38,923 nt of DNA. Origin: a virus. Its lineage: Duplodnaviria; Caudoviricetes. The stretch covers positions 1-38,923 of the IMG/VR virus record IMGVR_UViG_3300042992_000792. One strand, given 5' to 3'. The notes beneath the pieces are model-generated. The model was given only the letters and a program-made list of their open reading frames with translations, did no database searches and was not told the origin of the DNA. The position numbers and the translations under genes are program-made. Shown piece after piece: positions 1 to 8,534 of this stretch. Numbering within the stretch: position 1 is the first letter of the stretch; every line of letters starts with the position of its first letter.

Positions 1-427
1 TAACACGCAAGAACAAGCTACCCCTATCCTCTTTATCAGCGGACTTCACACCGCGAACCTTGGCGTCCGGAAAGGATTTCTTGAAAGCGTGATTGAAACA
101 GGATGCCAGACGCTGCCCCTTTGTGCTACGGAACCAGTGCAACCACTCATGGCCTTGAGCGAACGGTCCGGCAGAGTTAAAGTGCAGCTCAACAGCCACA
201 TTTACGCCGAGTTTTGCAAGGTGGTCCGATAGCCAGCAGATCGCTGAGGAGTAGGAACCCCCCTTATATTCGTCAACAACATGCACTGTATATCCCTTTT
301 TTCGTAGCAAATCGGCGGTGAGATGCCCAATTTTGCTATTGAAGGTGTGTTCGCTTGCACCTTTTGTGTTGACAGCACCGTTGTCGCCGCTGCGGCTGTG
401 GCCAATACAGATTCCAATGGTGCTCAT
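1..427 (-). CDS. Endolysin, N-acetylmuramoyl-L-alanine amidase (Amidase_3 family); runs off window edge
   Basis: Hand translation from ATG 427: MSTIGICIGHSRSGDNGAVNTKGASEHTFN...VAVELHFNSAGPFAQGHEWLH...RGVKS. The GH...E and ELHFN zinc-amidase motifs are present. Not in the ORF track because no stop lies in the window. Confidence 0.88.
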   Translation of the reverse strand, partial: MSTIGICIGHSRSGDNGAVNTKGASEHTFNSKIGHLTADLLRKKGYTVHVVDEYKGGSYSSAICWLSDHLAKLGVNVAVELHFNSAGPFAQGHEWLHWFRSTKGQRLASCFNHAFKKSFPDAKVRGVKSADKEDRGSLFLRV

Positions 428-468
428 GTTTAGGATCTACATCGTAGGTCGTGCTACACTTGACCTAT

Positions 469-645
469 TTAGAATTTCTTAAGCAGTCGGAACAGGGAAA
501 GCAGCCCCACGACAATACCGATTGTCAGTGAGGTCATGCGCAAGCCCCATTCCAGCTGTTCTTGAAACGAAGTAACAACCCCAAGAGCAGGGGCTACCGT
601 ACCGGCTACGCCGTGTAGAAAGTCCTTGCCTTGGTCTGTAGTCAT
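469..645 (-). CDS. Small membrane protein, holin-like (58 aa)
   Basis: MTTDQGKDFLHGVAGTVAPALGVVTSFQEQLEWGLRMTSLTIGIVVGLLSLFRLLKKF: hydrophobic segments, basic C-terminus, upstream of amidase, TAATG overlap with previous gene. Confidence 0.65.
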   Translation of the reverse strand: MTTDQGKDFLHGVAGTVAPALGVVTSFQEQLEWGLRMTSLTIGIVVGLLSLFRLLKKF

Positions 646-797
646 TACTTGTTGTCGCGGGCTTTAATGAGGCCGACTCCGGCGGTTACAGCGGCAAACG
701 CAGCCATGAAATCAGGTGCGCCACCTTTAAGGACTTGCACGCCGACATTAGCAAGCGTTGCAACAATTGTCAGGATACCCAATGCTGTGGTCTTCAT
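645..797 (-). CDS. Small two-TM membrane protein, holin-like (50 aa)
   Basis: MKTTALGILTIVATLANVGVQVLKGGAPDFMAAFAAVTAGVGLIKARDNK: two hydrophobic helices, in lysis cassette. Confidence 0.7.
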   Translation of the reverse strand: MKTTALGILTIVATLANVGVQVLKGGAPDFMAAFAAVTAGVGLIKARDNK

Positions 798-801
798 AGT
801 G

Positions 802-1038
802 TTATTTAGGTTGTGGTTTCTTCATGCCAGCTTCGACAGCAGCCATGAAATCCATTTCGCCGCCTTCTGGTGCTTCCTCTTCCATCTCTTCAGGCTCTTC
901 GCCTTCTTGCGGAACAGGTAGGCCACCTACAGCAAGAGCGTAAAGCATATTGTCACGCACCTCAAAGGTTACAGGAAGATCAAATTGTGGTTCTTCAGGA
1001 AGCTGAAGACCTTCGGGCATTGGGATGTAGGCGGGCAT
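802..1038 (-). CDS. Hypothetical acidic protein (78 aa)
   Basis: ORF track; E/P-rich; co-oriented and tightly packed with neighbours. Confidence 0.7.
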   Translation of the reverse strand: MPAYIPMPEGLQLPEEPQFDLPVTFEVRDNMLYALAVGGLPVPQEGEEPEEMEEEAPEGGEMDFMAAVEAGMKKPQPK

Positions 1039-1056
1039 TGTAGTGGATTATTTTAA

Positions 1057-1176
1057 TTATGCTGTCTGTACACTAGGCATTTCCGGCAACGGTGGAAGCG
1101 GCATCGGCTCCGGCATCGGCGGCATAGGCGGGAGTGGGGGCATGGGAGGCAACGGAGGGAGTGGTGTGGTGTTCAT
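1057..1176 (-). CDS. Proline/methionine-rich micro-protein (39 aa)
   Basis: MNTTPLPPLPPMPPLPPMPPMPEPMPLPPLPEMPSVQTA; fills the gap between co-oriented genes; codon-phased repeat. Confidence 0.5.
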   Translation of the reverse strand: MNTTPLPPLPPMPPLPPMPPMPEPMPLPPLPEMPSVQTA

Positions 1177-1189
1177 AATAAAGTGGGAA

Positions 1190-1219
1190 GCGCCCTGTAG
1201 TTTTTAGGCTACAGGGTGC
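1190..1219 (-). terminator. Stem-loop, probable terminator
   Basis: GCACCCTGTAG...CTACAGGGCGC stem just after the 63-aa gene stop, followed by TTCCCACTTT (weak U tract). Confidence 0.5.
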
Positions 1220-1228
1220 AGGTTGGGT

Positions 1229-1420
1229 TTACAGGGTGATGCCAAGGGCAGCAGCAAAGTTAGCAATGGTGATAGTCTTTACCTTTTGGGTTGAGACATC
1301 GTACACTTGAACGAGGTCAAGCTCGTCAAGAGTGTCGGCTGTCTCCGTAGGGTTAAGTGGATTAACAAGACTCGTTGCTGTAAGTTTAGGGATAGTAGGA
1401 GCGTCGTCGAGTGTAGGCAT
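1229..1420 (-). CDS. Small protein downstream of capsid (possible head accessory protein)
   Basis: ORF track 63 aa; position directly after MCP. Confidence 0.65.
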   Translation of the reverse strand: MPTLDDAPTIPKLTATSLVNPLNPTETADTLDELDLVQVYDVSTQKVKTITIANFAAALGITL

Positions 1421-1436
1421 AGTCGTAAAGGGGTAG

Positions 1437-1467
1437 GCTAGGGGCTCCCGTTGTGGGAACCCCTAGC
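1437..1467 (-). terminator. Stem-loop after major capsid gene
   Basis: GCTAGGGGTTCCC-acaac-GGGAGCCCCTAGC on minus strand, 7 nt past MCP stop. Confidence 0.6.
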
Positions 1468-1474
1468 GGGTTAG

Positions 1475-2830
1475 TTAGACAGCTGGTGAGGTGCTGTCGC
1501 GCTTGAAGAGGATCACATAACCGAACTCGGTTTTGATCGGCTTCGAAGCGGAAGCAAGAACACCACGGAAGAAACCGACGGTACCATCTGGGTTGAGGTC
1601 GATGGAAGGGATGTTCTTCCAAGCGAACTTGCCGCGATAGTTGACAGGATCGAAGGTCAGGCCATTCGAACCGCTGATCGGCTCAGGGATCTGCGACTCC
1701 ATCACGTCTTGGTGAAGGATATAAGCAGCCTCATAGGAAGCAGTCTCATACGCAGGGTTGATGATGGTGACCTTAGTTGTTGGATCAACAGTGTATGGGT
1801 ATACACGGTCGAGTACACCGTCGGAACCAGCATCGGTAGTGGCGAAACGGGGGGCGAGGTCGTCGATCAGGTGGTAGAATCCCCTGTGGCTACGCTCAAC
1901 ACCGAGAGGGGCGATCAGATCGCTAACCTTCGAGGTATTGTAACGGTAGTCATCACGGAAACCAGCTTCGGTAATAAGCGAGTACGAGGCTTCCGACGAG
2001 CAAACGAGCGCGAAGACAGGACGGGCGTTCTCACGACCGTAGGCATTCGTACCGGCACCGACGCGAACCAAACGGAAATAGATCGAATCGAGGATCTTAT
2101 TCGAAATGTTTGCTGAGGGGCGTCCCGCTGTAGTAGCAGTAGTGCCATTGGCACTGGAGCTGGTATCGAGGTCAAGGGTCCACGACTGAGCGCCTTCTTT
2201 GACGGTACCGTTGATACCAGTGTCAGCAATGACCGAACTGGTCGAATGGCAGACAACAGTATTTTTAACAATACGGTCATACTCATCACGATAACGCTCT
2301 TCCCACGAATAGCGAGTAGCGTCGGTGAGTGCGTCCATCACAGCGCGAAGTTGTTCCGTGCGGTAAGCAGCGAAACGAAGATCTTCAACGTTGATCTTGG
2401 GTGACTCAACAGTGGCACGCTTCAGCGAGTACTGTTTGAGTTGGCGACCAAACGAGATGAAGGACTTACCGTTAGCGTTGTTGTTACCAGTACCGATGTT
2501 GTCGCCCTTAGTACTGGGAAGGATTTGATCGAGGGTACTACCAGAAACGAGCGAAGCGGTGTTGTTACCACCGATGTCGATCCAGTTAGTGCCGAGTGTT
2601 GCACCGTTCTCAGTAGTGACAGGAAGGGCGCGGTCGTAGATCAGAGTTCCGAGGGTGTAGCCCATTCCGTCAGGAAAGGAAGTCTGCTTGATGAGGTCCA
2701 TCCAAGGCGACACGTGCAACGTGCGGCGATGAATGTCTTGTCCGATACGGTTAGCCTCTTGCGTGAGGATCGTATCGATTGCGGTGTTCGCATCAGTTTG
2801 TGCGAAAGTTTGTCCATTAGTGACAGCCAT
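1475..2830 (-). CDS. Major capsid protein (451 aa)
   Basis: Size, portal-scaffold-capsid order, biased codon usage, long leader, downstream hairpin. Confidence 0.75.
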   Translation of the reverse strand: MAVTNGQTFAQTDANTAIDTILTQEANRIGQDIHRRTLHVSPWMDLIKQTSFPDGMGYTLGTLIYDRALPVTTENGATLGTNWIDIGGNNTASLVSGSTLDQILPSTKGDNIGTGNNNANGKSFISFGRQLKQYSLKRATVESPKINVEDLRFAAYRTEQLRAVMDALTDATRYSWEERYRDEYDRIVKNTVVCHSTSSVIADTGINGTVKEGAQSWTLDLDTSSSANGTTATTAGRPSANISNKILDSIYFRLVRVGAGTNAYGRENARPVFALVCSSEASYSLITEAGFRDDYRYNTSKVSDLIAPLGVERSHRGFYHLIDDLAPRFATTDAGSDGVLDRVYPYTVDPTTKVTIINPAYETASYEAAYILHQDVMESQIPEPISGSNGLTFDPVNYRGKFAWKNIPSIDLNPDGTVGFFRGVLASASKPIKTEFGYVILFKRDSTSPAV

Positions 2831-3017
2831 AGTAGTAGGTAGTTAGAAGTTAAAAGGTTGTTAAAGTTAAAGAATACACGGATGTCGCTGAAGCGTGCGA
2901 CAGGCGCATGGGCCTTAGCTTCAAGTTACCTTTCAAGTGTCTCACCTACTAGAACCGTGTTTGCTTTTGGCTGGTACGGAGCGGACCGTCGGTGTCGCAA
3001 CTTTTGGGGTTGCGGAT

Positions 3018-3065
3018 AGCTTCGTACAAATCGCATTAGTTGTCAATACAAATTTGTACGAAGCT
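3018..3065. promoter_or_regulatory. 14-bp perfect inverted repeat enclosing a minus-strand TTGACA, upstream of MCP
   Basis: AGCTTCGTACAAAT (3018-3031) / ATTTGTACGAAGCT (3052-3065); TGTCAA within the spacer and again at 3065-3070. Confidence 0.55.
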
Positions 3066-3076
3066 GTCAAATTTAA

Positions 3077-4213
3077 TTAGCGACCAAATGCAGCAGTGAC
3101 CGCATCAAGGAATGACTTGCCGTCAGCAGCGGTCGGTGCCCCGCCAGTAGCAAGCGATCCGCCTCCGGCTTTCGGTGCGGCTCGGTCGTACTCGGCGAGA
3201 CGGTCGGTCAGGACATCGATCTCCTTCTGGAGGCTAATGTACTGAGCGGCCATCTTCGGCAACAGCTTTGCGGCCATCGCATGATAGGTTCCGGTTACAG
3301 GGTCAAGGGTAGAGGGATCAAGCTCTGCCGCTTCTTTGGCGTAGGCTGTAAGATCCACACCTTCCATGCCGGAAAGAAACGTGAGCTTGTTCTTGAGCTT
3401 GTCAGCAACCGCGTTAGCAGCCTCCTGACGCTGTTGTACGCGCTCGATGAGGCTCTGTTGCTGACGGACGTTGTCAAGCTCCTCAGCTTCGCGCAGAGCC
3501 GCCTCAGCGTGCTCTTGTAGGACGCGACGCTGTTCAAGGATGGGGCGGACCTCTTCGATGATCTTGTAGACTCGGAACTTATCGCGGTCGCTGGCGTTGG
3601 CGAGTAGCTCAGAAAGCTGTTCTTCTTGTACGGCCTCATCATCGGTAGCGATTACTTCGAGTAGGGTACCGGCATCGAGCGAGTACTTCTCTGCAATGCT
3701 ATCGGCTTCTTCAACAAGGTTGGCAAGAGGTTGCTCAACAAGGGTCTGGTAGGCGTGGCTCTGCTCCAGCTTCGTGACGAGCATGTTCTTCTCGTACTCA
3801 GCGATCCGATCTTGAAGTTGCTGGTACTCTGGATTGTTGGCGAGTGCTTCCAATTCCTGAAGTCGGCTTTCCTTCTGAGCCGCGACTTGCTCCAGTTCCT
3901 CAGACCTACTGCGGTAGGTCTTGAGTTCGGCTTTGAGTTCCTTGAATCGACGAGCTGCTTCCGGTGTCCAGTCTTTAGGCTCGACCGAATCGAGTTCGGC
4001 AAGGGCGTCCTGTTTGCTGTCAGAAGGTTCCGGTGTGGTTTCCTTGGGCTTCGGTGTGGTTTCCTTGGGCTCCGGCGTCGGTTCTGGGGTAGGCTCCGGT
4101 GCGGGGTTTTCCATCGACGCGAAGTACGAGTCAAGGGATTCGACGAACCCGCCGTTATCGGCAGGGGTGGCGGCGTCCAAAGCGGGCGCTGATTCAGGTG
4201 TTGGTGTGCTCAT
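3077..4213 (-). CDS. Capsid scaffolding protein (378 aa)
   Basis: Acidic P/E-rich N-terminus, long coiled-coil, directly upstream of MCP. Confidence 0.7.
   Translation of the reverse strand: MSTPTPESAPALDAATPADNGGFVESLDSYFASMENPAPEPTPEPTPEPKETTPKPKETTPEPSDSKQDALAELDSVEPKDWTPEAARRFKELKAELKTYRSRSEELEQVAAQKESRLQELEALANNPEYQQLQDRIAEYEKNMLVTKLEQSHAYQTLVEQPLANLVEEADSIAEKYSLDAGTLLEVIATDDEAVQEEQLSELLANASDRDKFRVYKIIEEVRPILEQRRVLQEHAEAALREAEELDNVRQQQSLIERVQQRQEAANAVADKLKNKLTFLSGMEGVDLTAYAKEAAELDPSTLDPVTGTYHAMAAKLLPKMAAQYISLQKEIDVLTDRLAEYDRAAPKAGGGSLATGGAPTAADGKSFLDAVTAAFGR
4030..4105. repeat. Coding tandem repeats (PEPT and PKETT) in scaffold linker
   Basis: GGTGTGGTTTCCTTGGGCT twice at 21-bp period; PEPTPEPTPEP in protein. 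Confidence 0.75.
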
Positions 4214-4216
4214 ATG

Positions 4217-4507
4217 TTATTCGTAGTGGCTCCATTCTTCGAGATTCTGGCCTTTAGCTGCTGGGGCCTTAGTCAACTTCAGGAGATCATTTACAAAGTC
4301 ATGGTATCCAGCCAGCCATGCTTGGCGTTGGGCGTTGCGTTCCGTGTCTGTCAGAGCCATGAATGTGGGCCGTGCTGCGGAAAGTAGGGTAGCTGCTGCC
4401 GCCTCGAAGACTGAATCTTCTAACATCTCACGGAGCTTTGCTGCTTGGGTAGGGTCACTGAACCAGCGTTCAATGGTCTGCGGTACAACAGGTTTGGAAG
4501 AAAGCAT
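4217..4507 (-). CDS. Small protein between portal and scaffold
   Basis: ORF track 4217..4522; ATG at 4507 preferred. Typical position for a small head-assembly protein. Confidence 0.7.
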   Translation of the reverse strand: MLSSKPVVPQTIERWFSDPTQAAKLREMLEDSVFEAAAATLLSAARPTFMALTDTERNAQRQAWLAGYHDFVNDLLKLTKAPAAKGQNLEEWSHYE

Positions 4508-4546
4508 GCGCAAGAAGACCACGAAGTTCGCGATTTGTCAAATAAT

Positions 4547-6775
4547 TTATTGAGTAACGTTGCCAGAAAGTTTCAGCGCACGCTCTGCATCCTTGAGTGC
4601 AAGGTCTTGGTCTGCCTTCGCTTGCTTGATGCGCATTTCGATCTCAGCCTTCTGTTGGGCGATCTGCATCTTCATCTGATGTTCCTGCATCTTCAGTTCG
4701 GCTGGTGATGGGCCTTGCTGTCCTTCCTGTCCGCCTTCAACTTGACCAGCTTCCATAGCCTTACGTTGCTCGGCTTGCAGCTTGCGGTTGAAGTTCGTGA
4801 TGACTTCCTCAGCAATCTGAAGTAGTTGCTTCATGCCAGCAACTTCCTGTTTAGCAGAAGGATCAGCGGCAAGGTAGTTGGTGTGCTCGGTGCAATGCTG
4901 GTACACAGCCTCAACAAGCGGCAGTGCTTGCATCGGGTCAACCTCTCCGGTCTGGATGCCGCCGACCAACTGTTGCAGGAGTGGGGCGTGCATGCGGAGG
5001 TGCATGCCGTGCAGCTCACTATCGAGAACGGCAACGGGCTGGCCGGACTGCATCGCCTGATTCTCTAGCAACGCAATCTTCGCATCGACGGTCATTCGTG
5101 GCTCCGGATTTGCTGGCGCGTAGCGGTCCACCAGATCACGACCAACCCGTTCCGAAGTGATGTCGCGGATAAGGTTGCGGCGTCCGACCTCGTCGTAGCT
5201 ACCGGCAATCTGGTTAAGTTCGCGCAAGGCAAGCAAGCGGTTCGCGGCGGAACCTGCACCGATAGCGCGTACTGCGACAGTCTTGTCATGGTTGATCGAG
5301 GCGATGACTTCTTTGCTGATGCCGCGCTCTGCACAACGTTTGTAGAAGCGTGTGACGTACTCATCACGCTGTGGGTTGGTAACGATCCGGCGTACGATCT
5401 CACGAAGCAAGCGAGACCAGCTGGAGTAGAAAAGGTTAATGGTCGAACCAGTCAAGCGGCTCGATACCGCGAGATCGTGTTCGGTCTGAAGATTGTTACG
5501 GTACGGGCTGCTTTGGTTGCCGTAAGTTGACACAAGGTCAACGTTCATTGCCAACTGGTTTTGCAGGTCAGCAAGTGCTGGCTGCATCGTGTTGGTCAAG
5601 TTCGGCGCGGCCTTCTCGACGATACGAACGTTCGGAGAAAGGATCGAGTATGGCCCATACATTGTGAACGACAAGTCCTCAAGCGCACGCTGCGTTTCCG
5701 GTTGGATCATCACCGCACCGCCCATCATCGCAGAGTCAATCATCTGACAACGAATGCGGTTGCTGGTCTGGATGTGGTTGAAGATCCGGTTGCCCAAACC
5801 GCGTACCGAATGGTAGGTGCCGTTGGTGCCGACACCGTAAGAGAACATCACGTAGGCATGTTCTGGTTTCTCAAACATCGAGTTCTTGCGGAACAAGAAA
5901 GACTTCGGTGTCTCTTCGCCAAACATCAAAAGCGACACACTGCCGTCGAACTCACGGACCCACATGTGCACAACCGACACCGTAGTGTTTTCGAGACCGG
6001 TATACAAATCGTTGTTCTTCATCTCGCGTTGGGTCACTTCCCAATCGGCGTAGGTGTTGCTGCCGTTACGGCCAGTAGTACGTGCGTTCTTCGAGATGAT
6101 ACGTTTCACTTCGTCAACGTCCCAGCCCATCTTCGCAGCGGCTTCTTCGTTCTTGATGAAGCCGTAAAGCTCGTGAAGCAGATACTGGCGGCGGGCACAG
6201 GCAACTTCGATTGACTCTTCAGACGCAGGGGTTTGCCTCGGTATGAGGAAGTCAGTCAGGCCGCAAACACGAAAGCGCCAGCTGCGAGGATCTTCAAAGT
6301 AAGACACGCCGACACCGTGCTTCGTGAACTCCGTACAAAGGCGCAGGAAGTTGGAATGAAACTCGGGCCACTCACGCAAGGTCTGCGTCAACTCCTCAGC
6401 AATAAGGTCCTCCGCCTCTTGTCGTTCAGCTGGCTCGCCGACCGTGACCGACACCCGCATCAGTTGCTGCAAGCTGGTGTAGAGGTCAACGTACGCGGAC
6501 ATCGAAACGTCAAGCAAACGCTGGGCCTCACCGAAGTTCAGGTTGGTCCGGTTGCCTTGGCCAGTCGAATACAAGACCCGTTGGTCGTAAGGTGCCGCTC
6601 CGTCAAACATCGCATCAACACGTGCGCGGTTGCTCGATGACTTCTCGTCGGCTTTGCGCAGAGTGTCATAGATCGAGCTTGCAGCCTTAACGTCACGGAT
6701 ACGGGATTCCGGTGGCGTCAGAGTTTGCGGGTCGAGGTTAAGCAGGTCGAACTCGTTCAGACCAGATGGAACCAT
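4547..6775 (-). CDS. Portal (head-tail connector) protein
   Basis: ~740 aa, helical, Q-rich C-terminal coiled coil, upstream of scaffold/MCP. ATG 6775 preferred over TTG 6829, which overlaps the promoter -35. Confidence 0.75.
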   Translation of the reverse strand: MVPSGLNEFDLLNLDPQTLTPPESRIRDVKAASSIYDTLRKADEKSSSNRARVDAMFDGAAPYDQRVLYSTGQGNRTNLNFGEAQRLLDVSMSAYVDLYTSLQQLMRVSVTVGEPAERQEAEDLIAEELTQTLREWPEFHSNFLRLCTEFTKHGVGVSYFEDPRSWRFRVCGLTDFLIPRQTPASEESIEVACARRQYLLHELYGFIKNEEAAAKMGWDVDEVKRIISKNARTTGRNGSNTYADWEVTQREMKNNDLYTGLENTTVSVVHMWVREFDGSVSLLMFGEETPKSFLFRKNSMFEKPEHAYVMFSYGVGTNGTYHSVRGLGNRIFNHIQTSNRIRCQMIDSAMMGGAVMIQPETQRALEDLSFTMYGPYSILSPNVRIVEKAAPNLTNTMQPALADLQNQLAMNVDLVSTYGNQSSPYRNNLQTEHDLAVSSRLTGSTINLFYSSWSRLLREIVRRIVTNPQRDEYVTRFYKRCAERGISKEVIASINHDKTVAVRAIGAGSAANRLLALRELNQIAGSYDEVGRRNLIRDITSERVGRDLVDRYAPANPEPRMTVDAKIALLENQAMQSGQPVAVLDSELHGMHLRMHAPLLQQLVGGIQTGEVDPMQALPLVEAVYQHCTEHTNYLAADPSAKQEVAGMKQLLQIAEEVITNFNRKLQAEQRKAMEAGQVEGGQEGQQGPSPAELKMQEHQMKMQIAQQKAEIEMRIKQAKADQDLALKDAERALKLSGNVTQ

Positions 6776-6801
6776 AGGCGGATTTTGCGTCACAGCGTAG
6801 T

Positions 6802-6829
6802 ATCGTAAAGGGCTTATCGAATAAGTCAA
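6802..6829 (-). promoter_or_regulatory. Sigma70-like promoter for portal operon
   Basis: TTGACT-N16-TACGAT. Confidence 0.55.
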
Positions 6830-6838
6830 GAAATAGTT
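6823..6838. repeat. 16-bp direct repeat, copy 1 (AAGTCAAGAAATAGTT)
   Basis: Identical to 7906-7921. Confidence 0.9.
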
Positions 6839-7878
6839 CTGCTAGTTGAACCTCGATTCACTAAAGCAGGGATAACTTTTGCGGCTTGTTTTACTCTAGT
6901 ATCAATTGCTTCCTCCGTGCCGTCCAAAAGGTTATTCAGAGCGTCTTTGGTACTTGGACTAAACACATCCAAATGTTTTTTATCTTTTCGAGCTTTATCC
7001 ATAAAGTCAATAAACGACTTCTCAGTAAATCTACTGCCGGTATCTCTATACCGCTGTCTTTGCGCGTGGGCTAATTCAGTAGCCATTTCGGTGGGTGCAT
7101 CATAATAATCAGATCCACTTTTGTCTTCATACAAACCCATAGAGGCAGGAAACATAGAATGTCCCATTTCGTGATTCAACACATCCAAAAATGAGCTACT
7201 CGCGGGGAGAGTAAAATCCTTCCCATTCATTTTGATAGTGTGCGGCTTTCCTGTGCCATACTTAAAATCTTCACCCATAACAATCCTGTCTTCCGACCTG
7301 CTGTAGTTTGCCCGCGCTGGCGCACTACTATCAGGATTTTTCGCGGTGTAAATAGGTATTTTTTCGGTTATTCTTTTGGGGTCCTTAAATTTAGAAAAAT
7401 CAATCCCCCTCAACGGACCTACTGTAACTGGTTCACTCAGGGTCGAATCTATATACTGTCTCGCTTTATCTACTTCTTGACTAAGTTTACCACCGTAAAA
7501 TGGACTGACAACATCTGAGAAACTCTTTTTCTGAACCGTGGAGGGGTCGTAAGTAGTAGCAGCTTTGCGCCTAGACATAAGATCTTCTGCTACCGATAGC
7601 TTTTGATCACTTGATAACACGGGCGTCTGTGTACCCTCGTCTGACCAAAACATCTCTTCGGGTCTCGGAGAATCTTCCAACATATTAGTAGCTGCGTTTT
7701 CAAACATAACTTTTCGACCCCTCTCACTAACTTGCACCCCTTTCTTCGCATCCTCAGCAATCGCTTGATCCACCACAGAAGTAATCTTCTCCTTCATGTC
7801 TGGAGTAATCCTACCAAACGATTTGTCGCGGGCGTGTGTTAAACGTGCCTCTACGGCGTTTTGGAACGAATTAGGCAT
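6826..7878 (-). CDS. Zincin-like (HExxH) metallopeptidase-domain protein, 350 aa
   Basis: DVLNHEMGHSMF followed by YYDAPTEMAT (candidate third ligand E); visibly more AT-rich than portal. Confidence 0.7.
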   Translation of the reverse strand: MPNSFQNAVEARLTHARDKSFGRITPDMKEKITSVVDQAIAEDAKKGVQVSERGRKVMFENAATNMLEDSPRPEEMFWSDEGTQTPVLSSDQKLSVAEDLMSRRKAATTYDPSTVQKKSFSDVVSPFYGGKLSQEVDKARQYIDSTLSEPVTVGPLRGIDFSKFKDPKRITEKIPIYTAKNPDSSAPARANYSRSEDRIVMGEDFKYGTGKPHTIKMNGKDFTLPASSSFLDVLNHEMGHSMFPASMGLYEDKSGSDYYDAPTEMATELAHAQRQRYRDTGSRFTEKSFIDFMDKARKDKKHLDVFSPSTKDALNNLLDGTEEAIDTRVKQAAKVIPALVNRGSTSRTIS

Positions 7879-7884
7879 AAGTTG

Positions 7885-7912
7885 AGCGTAGATAACCTAT
7901 TCAACAAGTCAA
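7885..7912 (-). promoter_or_regulatory. Sigma70-like promoter for the 350-aa gene
   Basis: TTGACT-N16-TACGCT ending 6 nt before ATG 7878. Confidence 0.5.
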
Positions 7913-7921
7913 GAAATAGTT
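7906..7921. repeat. 16-bp direct repeat, copy 2
   Basis: Identical to 6823-6838. Confidence 0.9.
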
Positions 7922-8475
7922 TCAGCGTTGCCGTACACCTCTTCCATCAACTTCTTGATCGGAATGCGTTTGCGCTTGCCGTTGTCATCTGTGATCTGCA
8001 CACACCACTGATGGCCCTTCGGATGAATGACGGGCGTAACGCGGTGCGTTAAGCCAGCTGTGCGTCCGCGTGTTGCAGGTGTAACACGATGCACTGTACC
8101 TTCTGGTGTGATGGCGTACTTCGAGTAGTTCGGGATTATGGTCATGTCTTGTGTTGTTGTCATGGTGGGAGCGGTATAGGGGCCAAAGGGCAGCGTGTCA
8201 AATTCTTTCTGAGTTAATTCTCGTTTCTGTCTGAACGGGCGGGCCTTAAAGGGGCGCACTCGCAACTGAGGATGGGTGTAGATCGTGATCCGTTTCGGCT
8301 TCTTGGGCTTCAATTCTTTGCGCTCGTTCCGGCGAACCGCAGATTTGAGCTTGAGCAAAGCAAAGCGTTCAGCCGTAACCCAATACTCGCCGCCCCTACA
8401 CGACGGCCTGTAGCAAATGAAGACGTCGCCGTTCTCGCGGATGTCACCGTAGCGGTGTCGTTTGGTCTCAGTCAT
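7909..8475 (-). CDS. HNH-endonuclease accessory-domain protein without nuclease domain; C-terminal NUMOD4-like part may be a separate gene from ATG 8163
   Basis: N-term RYGDIRENGDVF..Y....GGEYWVT resembles phage HNH N-termini; IPNYSKYAITPEGTV resembles NUMOD4; TTGACA-N17-TATACC (8201-8173) precedes ATG 8163. Confidence 0.55.
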   Translation of the reverse strand: MTETKRHRYGDIRENGDVFICYRPSCRGGEYWVTAERFALLKLKSAVRRNERKELKPKKPKRITIYTHPQLRVRPFKARPFRQKRELTQKEFDTLPFGPYTAPTMTTTQDMTIIPNYSKYAITPEGTVHRVTPATRGRTAGLTHRVTPVIHPKGHQWCVQITDDNGKRKRIPIKKLMEEVYGNAETIS

Positions 8476-8481
8476 GGGACG

Positions 8482-8509
8482 ACCATACCCGAACCCACCC
8501 ATCCGTCAA
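8482..8509 (-). promoter_or_regulatory. Sigma70-like promoter
   Basis: TTGACG-N16-TATGGT ending 6 nt before ATG 8475. Confidence 0.5.
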
Positions 8510-8534
8510 GTTATTTTCTAAAAAAGGTAGAAAT

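Noticed and set aside
202-417. ORF-track 71-aa ORF and a possible frameshift at the C6 run in the amidase
   Set aside because: The amidase frame from 427 reads through intact (KGGSYSSAICWL); the listed ORF is an off-frame shadow.
2876-3014. tRNA or known riboswitch in capsid leader
   Set aside because: No cloverleaf, T-loop/CCA arrangement or recognisable aptamer; kept only as an unknown structured leader.
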